In this document: piece by piece, positions 20,330-29,756 of the stretch
Layout of the letters: each line of letters opens with the position of its first letter
How positions within the stretch are numbered: position 1 is the first letter of the stretch
Source: a virus
Taxonomy: Duplodnaviria; Caudoviricetes
Length of the DNA stretch: 64,000 nucleotides
Reading direction: 5' to 3' (one strand)
IMG/VR virus record: IMGVR_UViG_2511231035_000001
Location: 4,513-68,512 of that record
Translations under genes and position numbers: made by a program
The notes under the pieces: model-generated
Database searches by the model: none
Seen by the model: the letters and a program-made list of their open reading frames with translations, nothing else
Told to the model about the DNA's origin: nothing

Positions 20330-21787
20330 TTACTTATGCTGAAACCAGGCACACTCTTTACCCGTACCGTTTGACTTAAACACCGTATGCACCCGGGGGC
20401 CAGTAACCAGCCTGTCAGCGTATCGATGCGTAACTATGCCGAAAGCGATCATGTCACCGACAGCGGCAGCGGGTTTCTCCTTCTGCCAGAAGCGCAGCGA
20501 TTCAATGTGATAGTAGAGCCGCACAATGCCGTGAGCGATAGCCATCACGTCAGCACGACTGCCACCCAATAGGCCGGCATTAAGCATCACATCGTGCTGG
20601 TGCTCAGCGAGAAACGCCTGATAGATTGCCTCGGGATGATGTTGCTTAGCCCACGAATCAGAGTAGGTTTTTGGTTCAGAGCCAACGTAAATTTTGCCCT
20701 GATCCATGTACGCCCAAGGCTCTCGCAGCATTTCAACGTCAGTGCCATCGGTACACCACACGAAGTTAAATTCAGGGTGATCGCGAAGGTACTGCCAGAT
20801 GTGCAGCCAGCGCCGGAAATAAACGTTCATCTTCACGTCAGGAACGGTAACAGTGCTTACATCAACCCCCGCCGAACTGATGGAGTCAGTCAGCACAACT
20901 GCATGGTTGCCTTTAACTGACATTGCCCACTTATCCAGCAGCTCAGATGATGCAATCATTTTACTGCCGCGCTGCGGGTCCGGCTGGCTTGTCAGTAGCG
21001 TAGTAATCACCACGTTCTGCTTCTGCCTATACTCCGCATAGCCGGTGTAACCATCATCCCGGCGCTTGTTATGGAGGGTGACGTTGCGTTTGACCTGCGC
21101 CTCGCGGTCAGTCTTTGGAACCGAACGCTCTACCGCCTCATGCTCATCAAGCGAATAAATCAGCTTTTCCGAACCGACCACATCAGCAAAAGCCCAGCTC
21201 GTTAGCCCGGCGTTATGAATGCGCAACGCCAGATCGGAATGCTCATACATGCCGCGTTCATAGATGGAGTCGAAGCCACCAACTTTTTCAATCGCGCTGC
21301 GGTGGTAGTACAACATCACGCCACGCTGGCCGGTATAAGCTACATGCTTATTGTCACGGTAGAGCACGGCAATATCATTCAGCTTCTTGCCGGTGGCGAA
21401 GTCCTGAAATTGGAAAGCCAGATGCGGCTCGGGTGATTCAATGTATGGCTGTTCCCATCCGCCAGCTATAGGCCATGCGTCATCGTCCCATAGGAAGAGA
21501 TGCTCACACCCGGCATTAATCAACGCCTCAAGGCTGAAGTTCTTCGCGGCAACAATGCCGCGTGACATGTTACAGCGAATAAGCTTCACGCCATCAGGTA
21601 CGGTCACCGGTTTAGATGACCCGTCATCTACTACAACCACCAGCGCACCGGATGGAAGATATTTGAGGTGATGCTCAATCGCTCGGGATAACACGTCATG
21701 GCGATTATGGGTGCTTATTGCGATGCCGATTTTTGAAGCCTTGCTTGTTACTGGCACATAAAGAACACCATCGATCACAACTTCCAT
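20330..21787 (-). CDS. Two-domain glycosyltransferase (GT2-like N domain plus a second GT-A-like domain)
   Basis: IAISTHNR, VVVDDGS, FLWDDD, GMYEHSDL; second domain WCTDGTDV and LNAGLLGG. Confidence 0.82.
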   Translation of the reverse strand: MEVVIDGVLYVPVTSKASKIGIAISTHNRHDVLSRAIEHHLKYLPSGALVVVVDDGSSKPVTVPDGVKLIRCNMSRGIVAAKNFSLEALINAGCEHLFLWDDDAWPIAGGWEQPYIESPEPHLAFQFQDFATGKKLNDIAVLYRDNKHVAYTGQRGVMLYYHRSAIEKVGGFDSIYERGMYEHSDLALRIHNAGLTSWAFADVVGSEKLIYSLDEHEAVERSVPKTDREAQVKRNVTLHNKRRDDGYTGYAEYRQKQNVVITTLLTSQPDPQRGSKMIASSELLDKWAMSVKGNHAVVLTDSISSAGVDVSTVTVPDVKMNVYFRRWLHIWQYLRDHPEFNFVWCTDGTDVEMLREPWAYMDQGKIYVGSEPKTYSDSWAKQHHPEAIYQAFLAEHQHDVMLNAGLLGGSRADVMAIAHGIVRLYYHIESLRFWQKEKPAAAVGDMIAFGIVTHRYADRLVTGPRVHTVFKSNGTGKECAWFQHK

Positions 21788-21883
21788 GATGAAGATTACC
21801 TTGTACTAAGAAATGCCGATTTACTTCGTTGTAAAACTGCTTAATTATGCTAATGATTCGCCAACATAATTAAGGAAAATCCT

Positions 21884-22417
21884 ATGAGCTACACACAGGC
21901 AGAAAAACTGCAATTGCTTATGCTTTGCGACATTTACAAGGCGCTTGGAATCAAGAACAGCTTTGATCCAAACCTGATAGATGAGGCTGTTTCTACAGAC
22001 AACACTTGGGCAATTGGATGGCAATACCAGAGCCTCAACGATGGTTCAGAAAAGCCAGCTCATGTGAAGCTTTTCGCAGACACAGTTGAGATGTATGAAA
22101 TGCTCGAATATACATACAGCCAAATGTCCGCTCAGGATAAAGCCCATGTTGCAACGGCTATTCCATACTTCAATCCCAAGACTTCACTGACGTTCCCAGG
22201 CTTTGATGGAAACAATGAATCGGAGTACAGAAGTGTTGGAGAGATATTCAAGCTTATGGGCCTTTGGCAGAATGTTGATCTGACAAGGAACTCCCATTCA
22301 CAAAAAGCGGACATGTATCAGGATATGCTTGATATCTACACACCAGCCAGAAAGAACACTTGGTCACTTGGTGTAGGCATCTCCATGCCTTCCTTCATTT
22401 CTGTTCTCTCTGTCTAA
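21884..22417 (+). CDS. YfbU-family protein (moron)
   Basis: FPGFDGNNE...RNSH motifs typical of YfbU; opposite strand to the late operon. Confidence 0.75.
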   Translation: MSYTQAEKLQLLMLCDIYKALGIKNSFDPNLIDEAVSTDNTWAIGWQYQSLNDGSEKPAHVKLFADTVEMYEMLEYTYSQMSAQDKAHVATAIPYFNPKTSLTFPGFDGNNESEYRSVGEIFKLMGLWQNVDLTRNSHSQKADMYQDMLDIYTPARKNTWSLGVGISMPSFISVLSV

Positions 22418-22462
22418 GCATTATTAGATTTACTAAATAATGCCTGCGTTGAAGGCAGGCAT

Positions 22463-22927
22463 TCAATTTTTGCATTGATCTTTGATGTACTGCTGCAATC
22501 CGGCTATTTGCTTTCCGGCGATTTCGATTCGCTCTCTGAGGATGAAATAATCCCGTTGAGCGGACTCAGTAAGTCGGGGGCTGGCTGCATCATCCACGCT
22601 GGCGGTGCCGGAGGTGTTGACCGTTGGGCATTTTGCGTTGATGCGCAACCCGCACTTGCCAGAACTAACGCACTGCTGAAGAGCATCAAGCTTGGCTTTA
22701 GCATCAGCTAACTCCTTCGTATATTTCGCATCAAGTGCGGCAACTTCTCGCTGCCTCACCTGCATGTCATCAATCGTGGCGTTAGCGAGGTGCAATGCAT
22801 CTGTCGCTTTATCCCGTTGCGATTTGTAATCGATGGCGTTGCCACGGAAATAAAGCGCCATGCTTCCTGCAGCAATCACGCACGCCAGCAAGAACAGCAG
22901 TAAACCTATAGTGGCCTTAGATATCAT
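22463..22927 (-). CDS. Rz: i-spanin
   Basis: N-terminal TM, coiled coil, ASPRLTESAQRDYFILRERI. Confidence 0.9.
   Translation of the reverse strand: MISKATIGLLLFLLACVIAAGSMALYFRGNAIDYKSQRDKATDALHLANATIDDMQVRQREVAALDAKYTKELADAKAKLDALQQCVSSGKCGLRINAKCPTVNTSGTASVDDAASPRLTESAQRDYFILRERIEIAGKQIAGLQQYIKDQCKN
22504..22704 (-). CDS. Rz1: o-spanin lipoprotein embedded in Rz
   Basis: Lipobox SAGC then Pro-rich PPAPPAWMMQPAP; alternate frame inside Rz. Confidence 0.85.
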   Translation of the reverse strand: MLKPSLMLFSSALVLASAGCASTQNAQRSTPPAPPAWMMQPAPDLLSPLNGIISSSESESKSPESK

Positions 22928-23420
22928 TTGCGCTTTCCGCCAAGCAAAGAGAACGCTCCATGTCCCGGCGGTTCATCAACCCTTTCCACTTCATGCCACC
23001 GGCATACACCCACCGGCGCAACTCTTCACATGCACCGACCTGGTCACCAGCGTTAAGCTTTTTCAGCAGGGTTGATTTGGAAAATGTAGACGTGCCGACG
23101 TTGTAGGTGAAGCTGTAGATCGCTGCTCGTGGATATTCACCCAGCGGCACCTTGACCATGGAATCAACCGCCTTCTTAACCGGCTGTAAGTCATTCCACA
23201 TAAGGCGATCGCATTCCCTGTCGGTGTACTTCTTGCCCTTTACAATGTCGGCACCAGTGTGGCCATCACAAACGGTCAACACGCCGGCGACATCTTTGTA
23301 GGGCTCATACACACGCCCTTCTACACCATCTTTTCCTCCGAGGAATACCGTAGCGATAAGCATGGCTCCGCCGCCTGCAGCTGCAATAAGCCTGTTGCGC
23401 AGTGTATTTGACATTGCCAT
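22917..23420 (-). CDS. R: SAR endolysin (GH24 lysozyme)
   Basis: Ala/Gly-rich N-terminal SAR segment, then E-x8-D-x5-T catalytic triad. Confidence 0.9.
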   Translation of the reverse strand: MAMSNTLRNRLIAAAGGGAMLIATVFLGGKDGVEGRVYEPYKDVAGVLTVCDGHTGADIVKGKKYTDRECDRLMWNDLQPVKKAVDSMVKVPLGEYPRAAIYSFTYNVGTSTFSKSTLLKKLNAGDQVGACEELRRWVYAGGMKWKGLMNRRDMERSLCLAESANDI

Positions 23421-23423
23421 GGG

Positions 23424-23666
23424 TTAATCCTCGGTAAGGTCGGGTGCGGTAGGCCAGCGTTGCAGCGCTTTGATCTGCGCCAGAGTAGCCTTGCGTTTGT
23501 AATACCAGTTGATGCCTAGCGTGAATAGCGCGACCAGAATACCGGCCAGGACGCCAACAGCACTCCATTCATCGGGACTTAACCTGGTCAGCAGACCGTT
23601 GGCAATTGTCCCGGCAGAAGCGCCGTATGCCGCGCCTGATGCCAGTTTGCTCATATCGATACTCAT
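23424..23666 (-). CDS. S: Pinholin (phage 21 S-like) with dual start M1/M5
   Basis: MSIDMSKLASGAAYGASAG...two TMs...WYYKRK. Confidence 0.88.
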   Translation of the reverse strand: MSIDMSKLASGAAYGASAGTIANGLLTRLSPDEWSAVGVLAGILVALFTLGINWYYKRKATLAQIKALQRWPTAPDLTED

Positions 23667-23764
23667 ATACACCTCGCTGTTCGCTTGGTGCCGCCTGTAG
23701 TCATAATTAAAAATTGCGCGCCGCCACAGCGTGAAAATTTCGGATAACAGTGATTGGCGGGCGC

Positions 23765-23795
23765 AAAAACGAAAGAAGGCCGCTCTATGGCGACC
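23765..23795 (-). terminator. tR'-like intrinsic terminator in the late leader
   Basis: GGTCGC-CATAGA-GCGGCC stem followed by TTCTTTCGTTTTT on the minus strand. Confidence 0.65.
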
Positions 23796-23978
23796 CTCTA
23801 AAATATGAACCCTGACGCATTCCGCGATAGTTACCTGGCCCGTCAGCCACAGGGTTAATTTATTACGTGCAAATAAAAACGCCCGACAGCTGGTGAAGCC
23901 TCGGGCGTTTATGTCACTCACAGATTATGCAACTGAATCTTGAAGAATAAGAAGTACTGCGTAGTAACGAGCCTTATC

Positions 23979-24006
23979 AGATTATCAGGCTTTTTACGTA
24001 CGTAAA
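23979..24006 (-). promoter_or_regulatory. Candidate late promoter pR'
   Basis: TTTACG-16 nt-TAATCT immediately downstream of Q. Confidence 0.5.
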
Positions 24007-24012
24007 TACTTT

Positions 24013-24411
24013 TTATGCACTTGCTCTAAAATCCTCGCGCTGAACATAACGGTCCATCTGCAGCGGTATATCCAGCATCATCAGCATACCATCAACCACG
24101 CCTTCAGCTTTCTGAAGTTTCTTCCCAATATGGCCATCAGAGCATTGATGCTTTCTCGCAAGCTCCATAAAGGTTTTTCCAAATACGTAGTAATCGAACA
24201 GCAGATCGTGCAGGTCTTCATTGTTCTTATTTAATTTAGCTATGCAGCTGCAAAGCAACATAGCGTCATCATCACAGCATGACTGGCGGGATTTCACTTT
24301 CGAAGGAATTAAACCGCTGAAACCGGCCGCAATTGATGACCAGTAAACTTCTTCTTTGTTGCTTGATACCCAAGCGCCCCAGCGCTCAAGTACTAATTGA
24401 ATATCACGCAT
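24013..24411 (-). CDS. Q: Late antiterminator Q
   Basis: [14 protein letters not shown]...SIAAGF...CCDDDAM; position before the lysis genes. Confidence 0.88.
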   Translation of the reverse strand: MRDIQLVLERWGAWVSSNKEEVYWSSIAAGFSGLIPSKVKSRQSCCDDDAMLLCSCIAKLNKNNEDLHDLLFDYYVFGKTFMELARKHQCSDGHIGKKLQKAEGVVDGMLMMLDIPLQMDRYVQREDFRASA

Positions 24412-24435
24412 TTGTAATCCTCCACGCTTTTTAAT

Positions 24436-25440
24436 TTACCCGATCACGCCGACTGCAATCGAGTGATCGAGGAACCTGAACAGCAGCTCTAACTGACTGC
24501 CGTATTTCTCTTCAAATGCCCTCATGTCCCGGTGCAGTTCATTGTGATGCGCCCTGCAAAGCGGTATCACAAATAAATCATGCGCCTTCGTTCCCATTCC
24601 CCCCTGACCATGTCCGATTATGTGGTGTGGGTCGTCTGCTGGTTTATTACAGCAGGCGCATGGCTGCACCTTGACCCACCGCGTGTACTTCTCACTGCTC
24701 CAGCGCTGCCGCTTTGGCCTCGCCATAAACGACTGCGGCGACTCCGGGTCGGCTTTGATGGTCATCACCTGCTTAACCACCTCTGACGCTTCCTGAATAA
24801 CTTCGCGCGCGGCGCGTACTGGATTTATATCTGCTTCCGGCATTGGCCCTGTTTCTGGCTTCTCCACCGGCATACGCATAACGCGGCGTGCCGGCGCTTC
24901 GGGTATCAGGTCAATGACATCTCTGATGCATGCCCACCAGCACAGCTCTGGCAGCGTCATAAGGTGATCAGCGCCTAGCCCCATCTGGATGCATGCGGAC
25001 TCAATAATCCAGCGGGAAAGATTATCTGCTGCGACCTCCTCCAGCGGTGCCGGTGCGCCGTTGGCCCGGCAAAAATTATCATGCGTGTAGCACAAACAAA
25101 CCGCGCCGCGTTCGGTCCGCAACGTAGTGTAATCGTGGTGGTGATAAGAATCTTTTTCATGATGCTGGCAGGAGCGAATTTTTTGCACCCATGTGACGTG
25201 TGCCTCCCATCCACCAGCGGCATTGATCACTCTCTCATCACCCAGGAAAGATTTTAGAAGCGGCTCATCAAGCAGAGGTTGCGCGCTATCGTTGATTAAT
25301 CCCGATGGAAGGTGTGACATGTCACGCGGCATTGTGCAGATAAGCACGCGTTCACGGAACATCGGTATCAGGTCGCGCCCCGGCTTAAGCAGGACAATCC
25401 CTGTATTAAACGCAACGTCAGGGGTGAGTATTGCTCTCAT
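24436..25440 (-). CDS. DUF968/YdfU-family protein (C-terminal Zn/HNH-like motif)
   Basis: KYTRWVKVQPCACC...DDPHH...KAHDLFVIPLCRAHH. Confidence 0.85.
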   Translation of the reverse strand: MRAILTPDVAFNTGIVLLKPGRDLIPMFRERVLICTMPRDMSHLPSGLINDSAQPLLDEPLLKSFLGDERVINAAGGWEAHVTWVQKIRSCQHHEKDSYHHHDYTTLRTERGAVCLCYTHDNFCRANGAPAPLEEVAADNLSRWIIESACIQMGLGADHLMTLPELCWWACIRDVIDLIPEAPARRVMRMPVEKPETGPMPEADINPVRAAREVIQEASEVVKQVMTIKADPESPQSFMARPKRQRWSSEKYTRWVKVQPCACCNKPADDPHHIIGHGQGGMGTKAHDLFVIPLCRAHHNELHRDMRAFEEKYGSQLELLFRFLDHSIAVGVIG

Positions 25441-25802
25441 GCGGCCACCGCCTGATATTCACTGATCGTCACCTCTGATTTGCCTCCCTTCGTAATTGGA
25501 CCCCATTCGACTATCAACCGCTTAATCTGCTTGTCATCCACCCATACGCCAGCATGTGACAGGCTATCGAACGCGGCTTTCAGGTAGTTGTCCAAATCGC
25601 GCTGGCGCTTGTCTGGCGGGTACAGCATCACTGTAACAGCAACATTCACTGTAATCGGCTTTGGGCGGCGCTTCAGTTGCTGGTATACCGCTGCAATAGC
25701 ATTGGATCGGAAAGAGCGCCCGGAGGCGCTGATTAATACTCCCTTTCTGGTATTTCTCCAGTAGGTGTTTACGGATGGAGGGAATGGCAGGGTTAACTTC
25801 AT
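25437..25802 (-). CDS. rusA: Holliday junction resolvase RusA
   Basis: LPFPPSVNTYWR, RDLDNYLKAAFDSL, DDKQI. Confidence 0.93.
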   Translation of the reverse strand: MKLTLPFPPSVNTYWRNTRKGVLISASGRSFRSNAIAAVYQQLKRRPKPITVNVAVTVMLYPPDKRQRDLDNYLKAAFDSLSHAGVWVDDKQIKRLIVEWGPITKGGKSEVTISEYQAVAA

Positions 25803-26068
25803 TCAGCTCCCTCACCACTTTCACGGCAATCATCGCCGCTGGTTTGGATTGCCATGAACTCATTTAGCCATTGCTTAGCCTCATGGCGAAAGTCTTCCCA
25901 ATTCCCCTCTGCATGCACTACCCGGTTTAAGTTTGAGTTTTTGGTGCAAAGCATGCCGTAGCTAAACCCTTGTTCAAACTCATGATAAATAACATCTAGT
26001 GCTAGTTCGGCATCAACCGGAAGCAGTAAAAAGGAATGGTCATCTCGCATGTAATATGACTTGCTCAT
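25799..26068 (-). CDS. Hypothetical protein
   Basis: Overlapping start/stop within the operon. Confidence 0.6.
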   Translation of the reverse strand: MSKSYYMRDDHSFLLLPVDAELALDVIYHEFEQGFSYGMLCTKNSNLNRVVHAEGNWEDFRHEAKQWLNEFMAIQTSGDDCRESGEGAE

Positions 26069-26625
26069 CCTTCCCTCCCATCATTCTCAATCACCCGATA
26101 GGCTATGATGTCGCCATCCCAACCTTTGTGAGCCCATCGCAGAGCTAATGCGATGCTATCTGCGGTATTGCCAGCGCGAGTGCGGTAATCAACCAGAGCA
26201 TTAGTTTTCACCGGACACTCACCACCACCCCACTCAATCCAGCCATCATTTTCAATCTGACGGTAAGTGTCAGTTGTGGGTTGCACTTGAAGTGGCGCAG
26301 GCAGCTCATGCCAATGTGTTGGTACCCAAGATGCGCCGGGAATAAGCCAACCCTCATTGCTAGCATCAGGATGGCCGTGAATGAGTGTCGCCCATTTTGT
26401 TGCCCACTCACGTCCGTACCAACATCCAACCAATACACCCTTTTTGATTGGCGGCATCCGCTCACTACAGCTAATCCACTCTCCCTGCTGCTCCAGCACT
26501 GGCAGCGCAATCTGGTATGCCTGTAAATCATATTCGTCGCGGATCGACATTCCGGGTCCTTCGGAAGCCATCCATTTGAAACCTTCGATAACGCTCTGGC
26601 ATTTCTCAACTGTAAGCTTTCTCAT
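26065..26625 (-). CDS. DUF551/Eaa-like mosaic protein
   Basis: WISCSERMP...PTHWHELPAP; WIEWGGGECPV second module. Confidence 0.75.
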   Translation of the reverse strand: MRKLTVEKCQSVIEGFKWMASEGPGMSIRDEYDLQAYQIALPVLEQQGEWISCSERMPPIKKGVLVGCWYGREWATKWATLIHGHPDASNEGWLIPGASWVPTHWHELPAPLQVQPTTDTYRQIENDGWIEWGGGECPVKTNALVDYRTRAGNTADSIALALRWAHKGWDGDIIAYRVIENDGREG

Positions 26626-27248
26626 GCCACCCTCCCGGCAATCAGTTGCACGCTGCTGTCACACTGGTTGCCCCAGCAATCCCAGCCCTCGGCGGCGGTA
26701 CGCGCAAACAGCTCAATGCGTGACACGTCACCATAAAGTTGCTCCAGACGGTTTCTCACTTCCCACGGCTTAGCGCTATGTTCGCCCAGACATGAATACA
26801 CAACCTGCTTAACTGATGCGCTGGCGCGTTCCAGTCCGGTGCCGCGAGTTGCAATCAGCACATCCTCTGTATTGCTGCGGGTGTGGTTGCCGCCGTTCAT
26901 GCGGGTTTCTGCGTTAAGCATGTCCAGCAAGTCGGTGAAGTCGTGAATGGTTTGCTCGGTCAGCGCGCGGTTGAAACGCTCTTCGGCGCGCTGGTTCATC
27001 TTCACCCAGGTAAAGCCCTTCATTGTGCGCACACGGAATCCCCAAGCCTCAGCCAGTTCGCGCGCCTCCTGGTTATGGGTGCCGGTGTACCACATAGCCA
27101 GTACGGCGTTTTCCTCAGCAAGCGCCCACACGGGCAGGCGCTTCAGGTCAGTCATCGCCATGGTGTTGTAGTGGTCAGCAGCAGCGCCATTGCTGGCGCT
27201 GTTGTTGTATTGCCACGGTGGATCGGCGTATATGAGCTGGAAAGGCAT
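26622..27248 (-). CDS. MT-A70-family DNA adenine methyltransferase
   Basis: IYADPPW, HSAKP, RIELFAR. Confidence 0.92.
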   Translation of the reverse strand: MPFQLIYADPPWQYNNSASNGAAADHYNTMAMTDLKRLPVWALAEENAVLAMWYTGTHNQEARELAEAWGFRVRTMKGFTWVKMNQRAEERFNRALTEQTIHDFTDLLDMLNAETRMNGGNHTRSNTEDVLIATRGTGLERASASVKQVVYSCLGEHSAKPWEVRNRLEQLYGDVSRIELFARTAAEGWDCWGNQCDSSVQLIAGRVA

Positions 27249-28081
27249 TACGCGCCCTCCCCATTCAGATAGTGGGCTTTGGCTTCTTTGATGATTGCCA
27301 TTGCTTCCAGCGCCTGAAGGTCTGTTTCAAAATCGAGGCTGATGGCGAAGGTTTCCTCAGCAAGTTCCGCTTCACAGTTTTTTGCAATCAACTCCACCAG
27401 TTTGTGCATCTTAGTGGGGCTGAATTGCGGCATCGCTGCGGCGCGGGTAAGTTTCTTCTTGCCGCTGGCTTTGGCCTTTGCCAGACCTTCTGCGGCAATA
27501 GTCCCTGCTTTGGCACCATGCTCTCGCGAAAGAGCAACGGCGGTAGTTGCGGCGACTTCGTTACGCTTCACCATGCCAATCAGCTCATCACCGCTAGCCA
27601 GGAGTGCCAGGTGCTGATCGACGTCAGCAACTGAACGCTTAACCTTCTTAGCGATTTCGGCCGGTTCCCAACCCTGATTTTTCAGGCGCTGATATGCGGC
27701 GGCACGTTCCAACGGCTCAAGCGCGCGGCCCTGACTGCTCGTTACCATGAAGGCGATGCGCTCGGCTTCGTTGCCAACGAAATCTTTGCACTCCAGGCGG
27801 ATTTCATGGCCTGCTTCCTGCGCCAACTTCGCGCCATGCCAGCGGTGGTGACCGTCGATAACTTTCACGCCCTGCTCTGTAACCTGAACTGTCAGAGGTG
27901 GAACATTCTCACCGGCAATGTAAGCATCGCGGAATTCTTCGACGTGAACCTGATTGATGTCGCGAACGTTGTAACCAGGTTCGATATACAGCTCACTAAC
28001 ACCCAGCAGGTAAGTTTTACGTACCGTGATGTCGGTTTCGTTGTTGTCTTTGTTTTTGTAAACCTGAAGCAAATTGCTCAT
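27248..28081 (-). CDS. ParB/Srx-domain protein with HTH
   Basis: YNVR, VIDGHHR, QGRALEPLERA..., HTH EIAKKVKRSVADV; start MSNLL at 28081. Confidence 0.82.
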   Translation of the reverse strand: MSNLLQVYKNKDNNETDITVRKTYLLGVSELYIEPGYNVRDINQVHVEEFRDAYIAGENVPPLTVQVTEQGVKVIDGHHRWHGAKLAQEAGHEIRLECKDFVGNEAERIAFMVTSSQGRALEPLERAAAYQRLKNQGWEPAEIAKKVKRSVADVDQHLALLASGDELIGMVKRNEVAATTAVALSREHGAKAGTIAAEGLAKAKASGKKKLTRAAAMPQFSPTKMHKLVELIAKNCEAELAEETFAISLDFETDLQALEAMAIIKEAKAHYLNGEGA

Positions 28082-28200
28082 GCTGTTTTCAACTCCCATA
28101 CGAGGGCAATAACTAAACCGGTAATCATCAGGACCGCCGTGCGAATGCCGCGGTAGTAATCTTCATTGCGCCAGTAGTGCGCTTTTATGGCTGCTTTCAC
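28078..28200 (-). CDS. 40-aa membrane peptide (MKAAIKAHYWRNEDYYRGIRTAVLMITGLVIALVWELKTA)
   Basis: GTGA/ATGA overlaps with both neighbours; below the ORF-track length cut-off. Confidence 0.6.
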   Translation of the reverse strand: MKAAIKAHYWRNEDYYRGIRTAVLMITGLVIALVWELKTA

Positions 28201-28607
28201 TGGCGTTTACCCCGCACACAGAAAGGATCGGGCGCTGGCTTCGGGTCGCGCTCTTTGGCCTTCGCCACACACATGTTTGCCCGGATTCGCGCTTTCTCAC
28301 GTAGCCCAGCCTTGCGGGTTGCCTGCTGTGCCTGCTGCCATACATTGGCCGCACGGTTCCACCAGTTGCGTTCCTGCAGGCTGTAAGCCTTGTCGCAGAG
28401 GGCAATGTATTTTTCGTCACCTTCGCCAGCCGGTTCTGCTGTGAAGTAACGCGCCTCAGCGTCGCTCCAGACATCACCAACAGCGCTCATCACTGGCAGT
28501 GCAGAAACTACGGTGCTGCGGGTGCGCCCGATTGCTCTGGCGATCTGCGCCGGTGTCTGACCGGGGAAAGCCATCAGGTGAGTAAGAATCAGCGTTTCAG
28601 TATTCAT
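28197..28607 (-). CDS. HTH plus PerC-family protein
   Basis: N-terminal HTH; AYSLQERNWWNRAANVWQQA PerC-like helix. Confidence 0.75.
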   Translation of the reverse strand: MNTETLILTHLMAFPGQTPAQIARAIGRTRSTVVSALPVMSAVGDVWSDAEARYFTAEPAGEGDEKYIALCDKAYSLQERNWWNRAANVWQQAQQATRKAGLREKARIRANMCVAKAKERDPKPAPDPFCVRGKRQ

Positions 28608-28609
28608 AG

Positions 28610-29584
28610 TTACCCCCGGAAGCCAGCAGGAATGTCGTAGTCAGCGCTTGGAATATCGGTGATGCTGCGTTGGCCACCAGCAGAGCTCAACTTGATAGAC
28701 AGGTCGTCCCACTTCTCACGAAGTTTTGAAGGGCTGAGCACGTTGCGGCACCAGAAAGGATCACGCTGCACGCGCCCAAAAAGCTCGCAAATCTGGCGAT
28801 GCGTTCTACCGTCTCGGCTGCACATCAGACGCACTTCATTCGCCCAGTCGGCCCAGTTGGGTTCTTTCGGCTTGCTGACTTCTCCATCGGCTTCGGCGGC
28901 TTTTTCGTACATGCTGACGATGCGGGACCAAATCCATTTTGCGCATTTGAGGTCTTCAGCAGAGCCCCATTGACGTTTGGACGGGCTACTTACAGCAGCA
29001 TCAGGATTTGGATCGCTAGAATCGTCAGGTTTCGAAGAAACCGGACTAATAGGTTTATTAGTCTGTATGTCTATGTCTGTTTTAATGTCTGTATAGAGAA
29101 AAGATTCCGCGACTTCGCGGTTTCCATGAAACGGCGACTTAGCGTTTTCCATTTCGCGGCTTCGCGGTTTGGATGCCGTGACTTCGCGCTTTTGAAGTCG
29201 TGACTTCGCGGTTTCTGATTCCTCATTGAAAATTAAAGAAATTAATGTGTCACCATCAACTTTGTAATGCATCGTTGGCGTACCGTTTACTTTCCTGACT
29301 GATGTCTGTATCGCTGCCGCAAGATGGTTCTTAACGAGCTTTTTAACGAGGCGCTCAGTCTGGTCTTTACTCAGTCCACCAGCGTCCTCTCCCAGCTCCT
29401 CATAGGTTTTATAGAACCAACCTTTCTCATTGCCGAAAGCGGACCAGAACACGAGATTATTCAGTACCGCTGCCAGCGCGTGAGCCTGTTGCTCGCCACG
29501 AAAGAAATTGAGATACGGGCGAGGTATGACGATCATGTTTTTGTGCCCAGACATGGCCTGGACGACCTCGAATGTTTTACTCAT
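28610..29584 (-). CDS. Phage replication initiator (O-like)
   Basis: wHTH N-terminus, internal iterons, WANEVRLM...DPFWCRNVLSPSKLREKWD C-terminus. Confidence 0.9.
   Translation of the reverse strand: MSKTFEVVQAMSGHKNMIVIPRPYLNFFRGEQQAHALAAVLNNLVFWSAFGNEKGWFYKTYEELGEDAGGLSKDQTERLVKKLVKNHLAAAIQTSVRKVNGTPTMHYKVDGDTLISLIFNEESETAKSRLQKREVTASKPRSREMENAKSPFHGNREVAESFLYTDIKTDIDIQTNKPISPVSSKPDDSSDPNPDAAVSSPSKRQWGSAEDLKCAKWIWSRIVSMYEKAAEADGEVSKPKEPNWADWANEVRLMCSRDGRTHRQICELFGRVQRDPFWCRNVLSPSKLREKWDDLSIKLSSAGGQRSITDIPSADYDIPAGFRG
29109..29216. repeat. Replication origin: five 17-bp iterons (GYGACTTCGCGGTTTCY-like) starting at 29109, 29134, 29156, 29178, 29200
   Basis: Direct repeats at 25/22/22/22-bp spacing inside the initiator gene, next to an AT-rich tract (29045-29105). 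Confidence 0.88.
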
Positions 29585-29756
29585 CTGGAGCCTCTATTTC
29601 CCTGAAGTCGCGCTGGAACTGGTGCAGAGGGCAAAAGCACTCGCCATATTCGTAATTATTCCGGAGGTAGATAACGCGGCCTGATTCCGGCTCCCACCTG
29701 ATAACTCGAACGGGAATACCACGGCGATCTTTGAACCATCGATCAAGTTCACGCAC
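29577..29756 (-). CDS. DUF4222-like small protein (MRELDRWFKDRRGIPVRVIRWEPE...)
   Basis: GTG start; frame not in the ORF track; usual position before the replication gene. Confidence 0.7.
   Translation of the reverse strand: MRELDRWFKDRRGIPVRVIRWEPESGRVIYLRNNYEYGECFCPLHQFQRDFREIEAPDE

Noticed and set aside
19297-21787. gtrABC-type O-antigen glucosylation cassette
   Set aside because: No flippase, no membrane-anchored GtrB or multi-TM transferase
25314-25325. Calling GTGACATGTCAC a matS, SlmA or CRP site
   Set aside because: matS has a 3-nt spacer, the SlmA site has a GTAC centre, and CRP needs TGTGA-N6-TCACA; none fits
26622-28081. MT-A70 plus ParB-like genes as a restriction-modification or defence system
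   Set aside because: No endonuclease partner; both are common in lambdoid nin-type regions
29109-29216. Repeat array as CRISPR
   Set aside because: Spacers are 5-8 nt, the array lies inside the initiator gene and there are no cas genes: these are iterons
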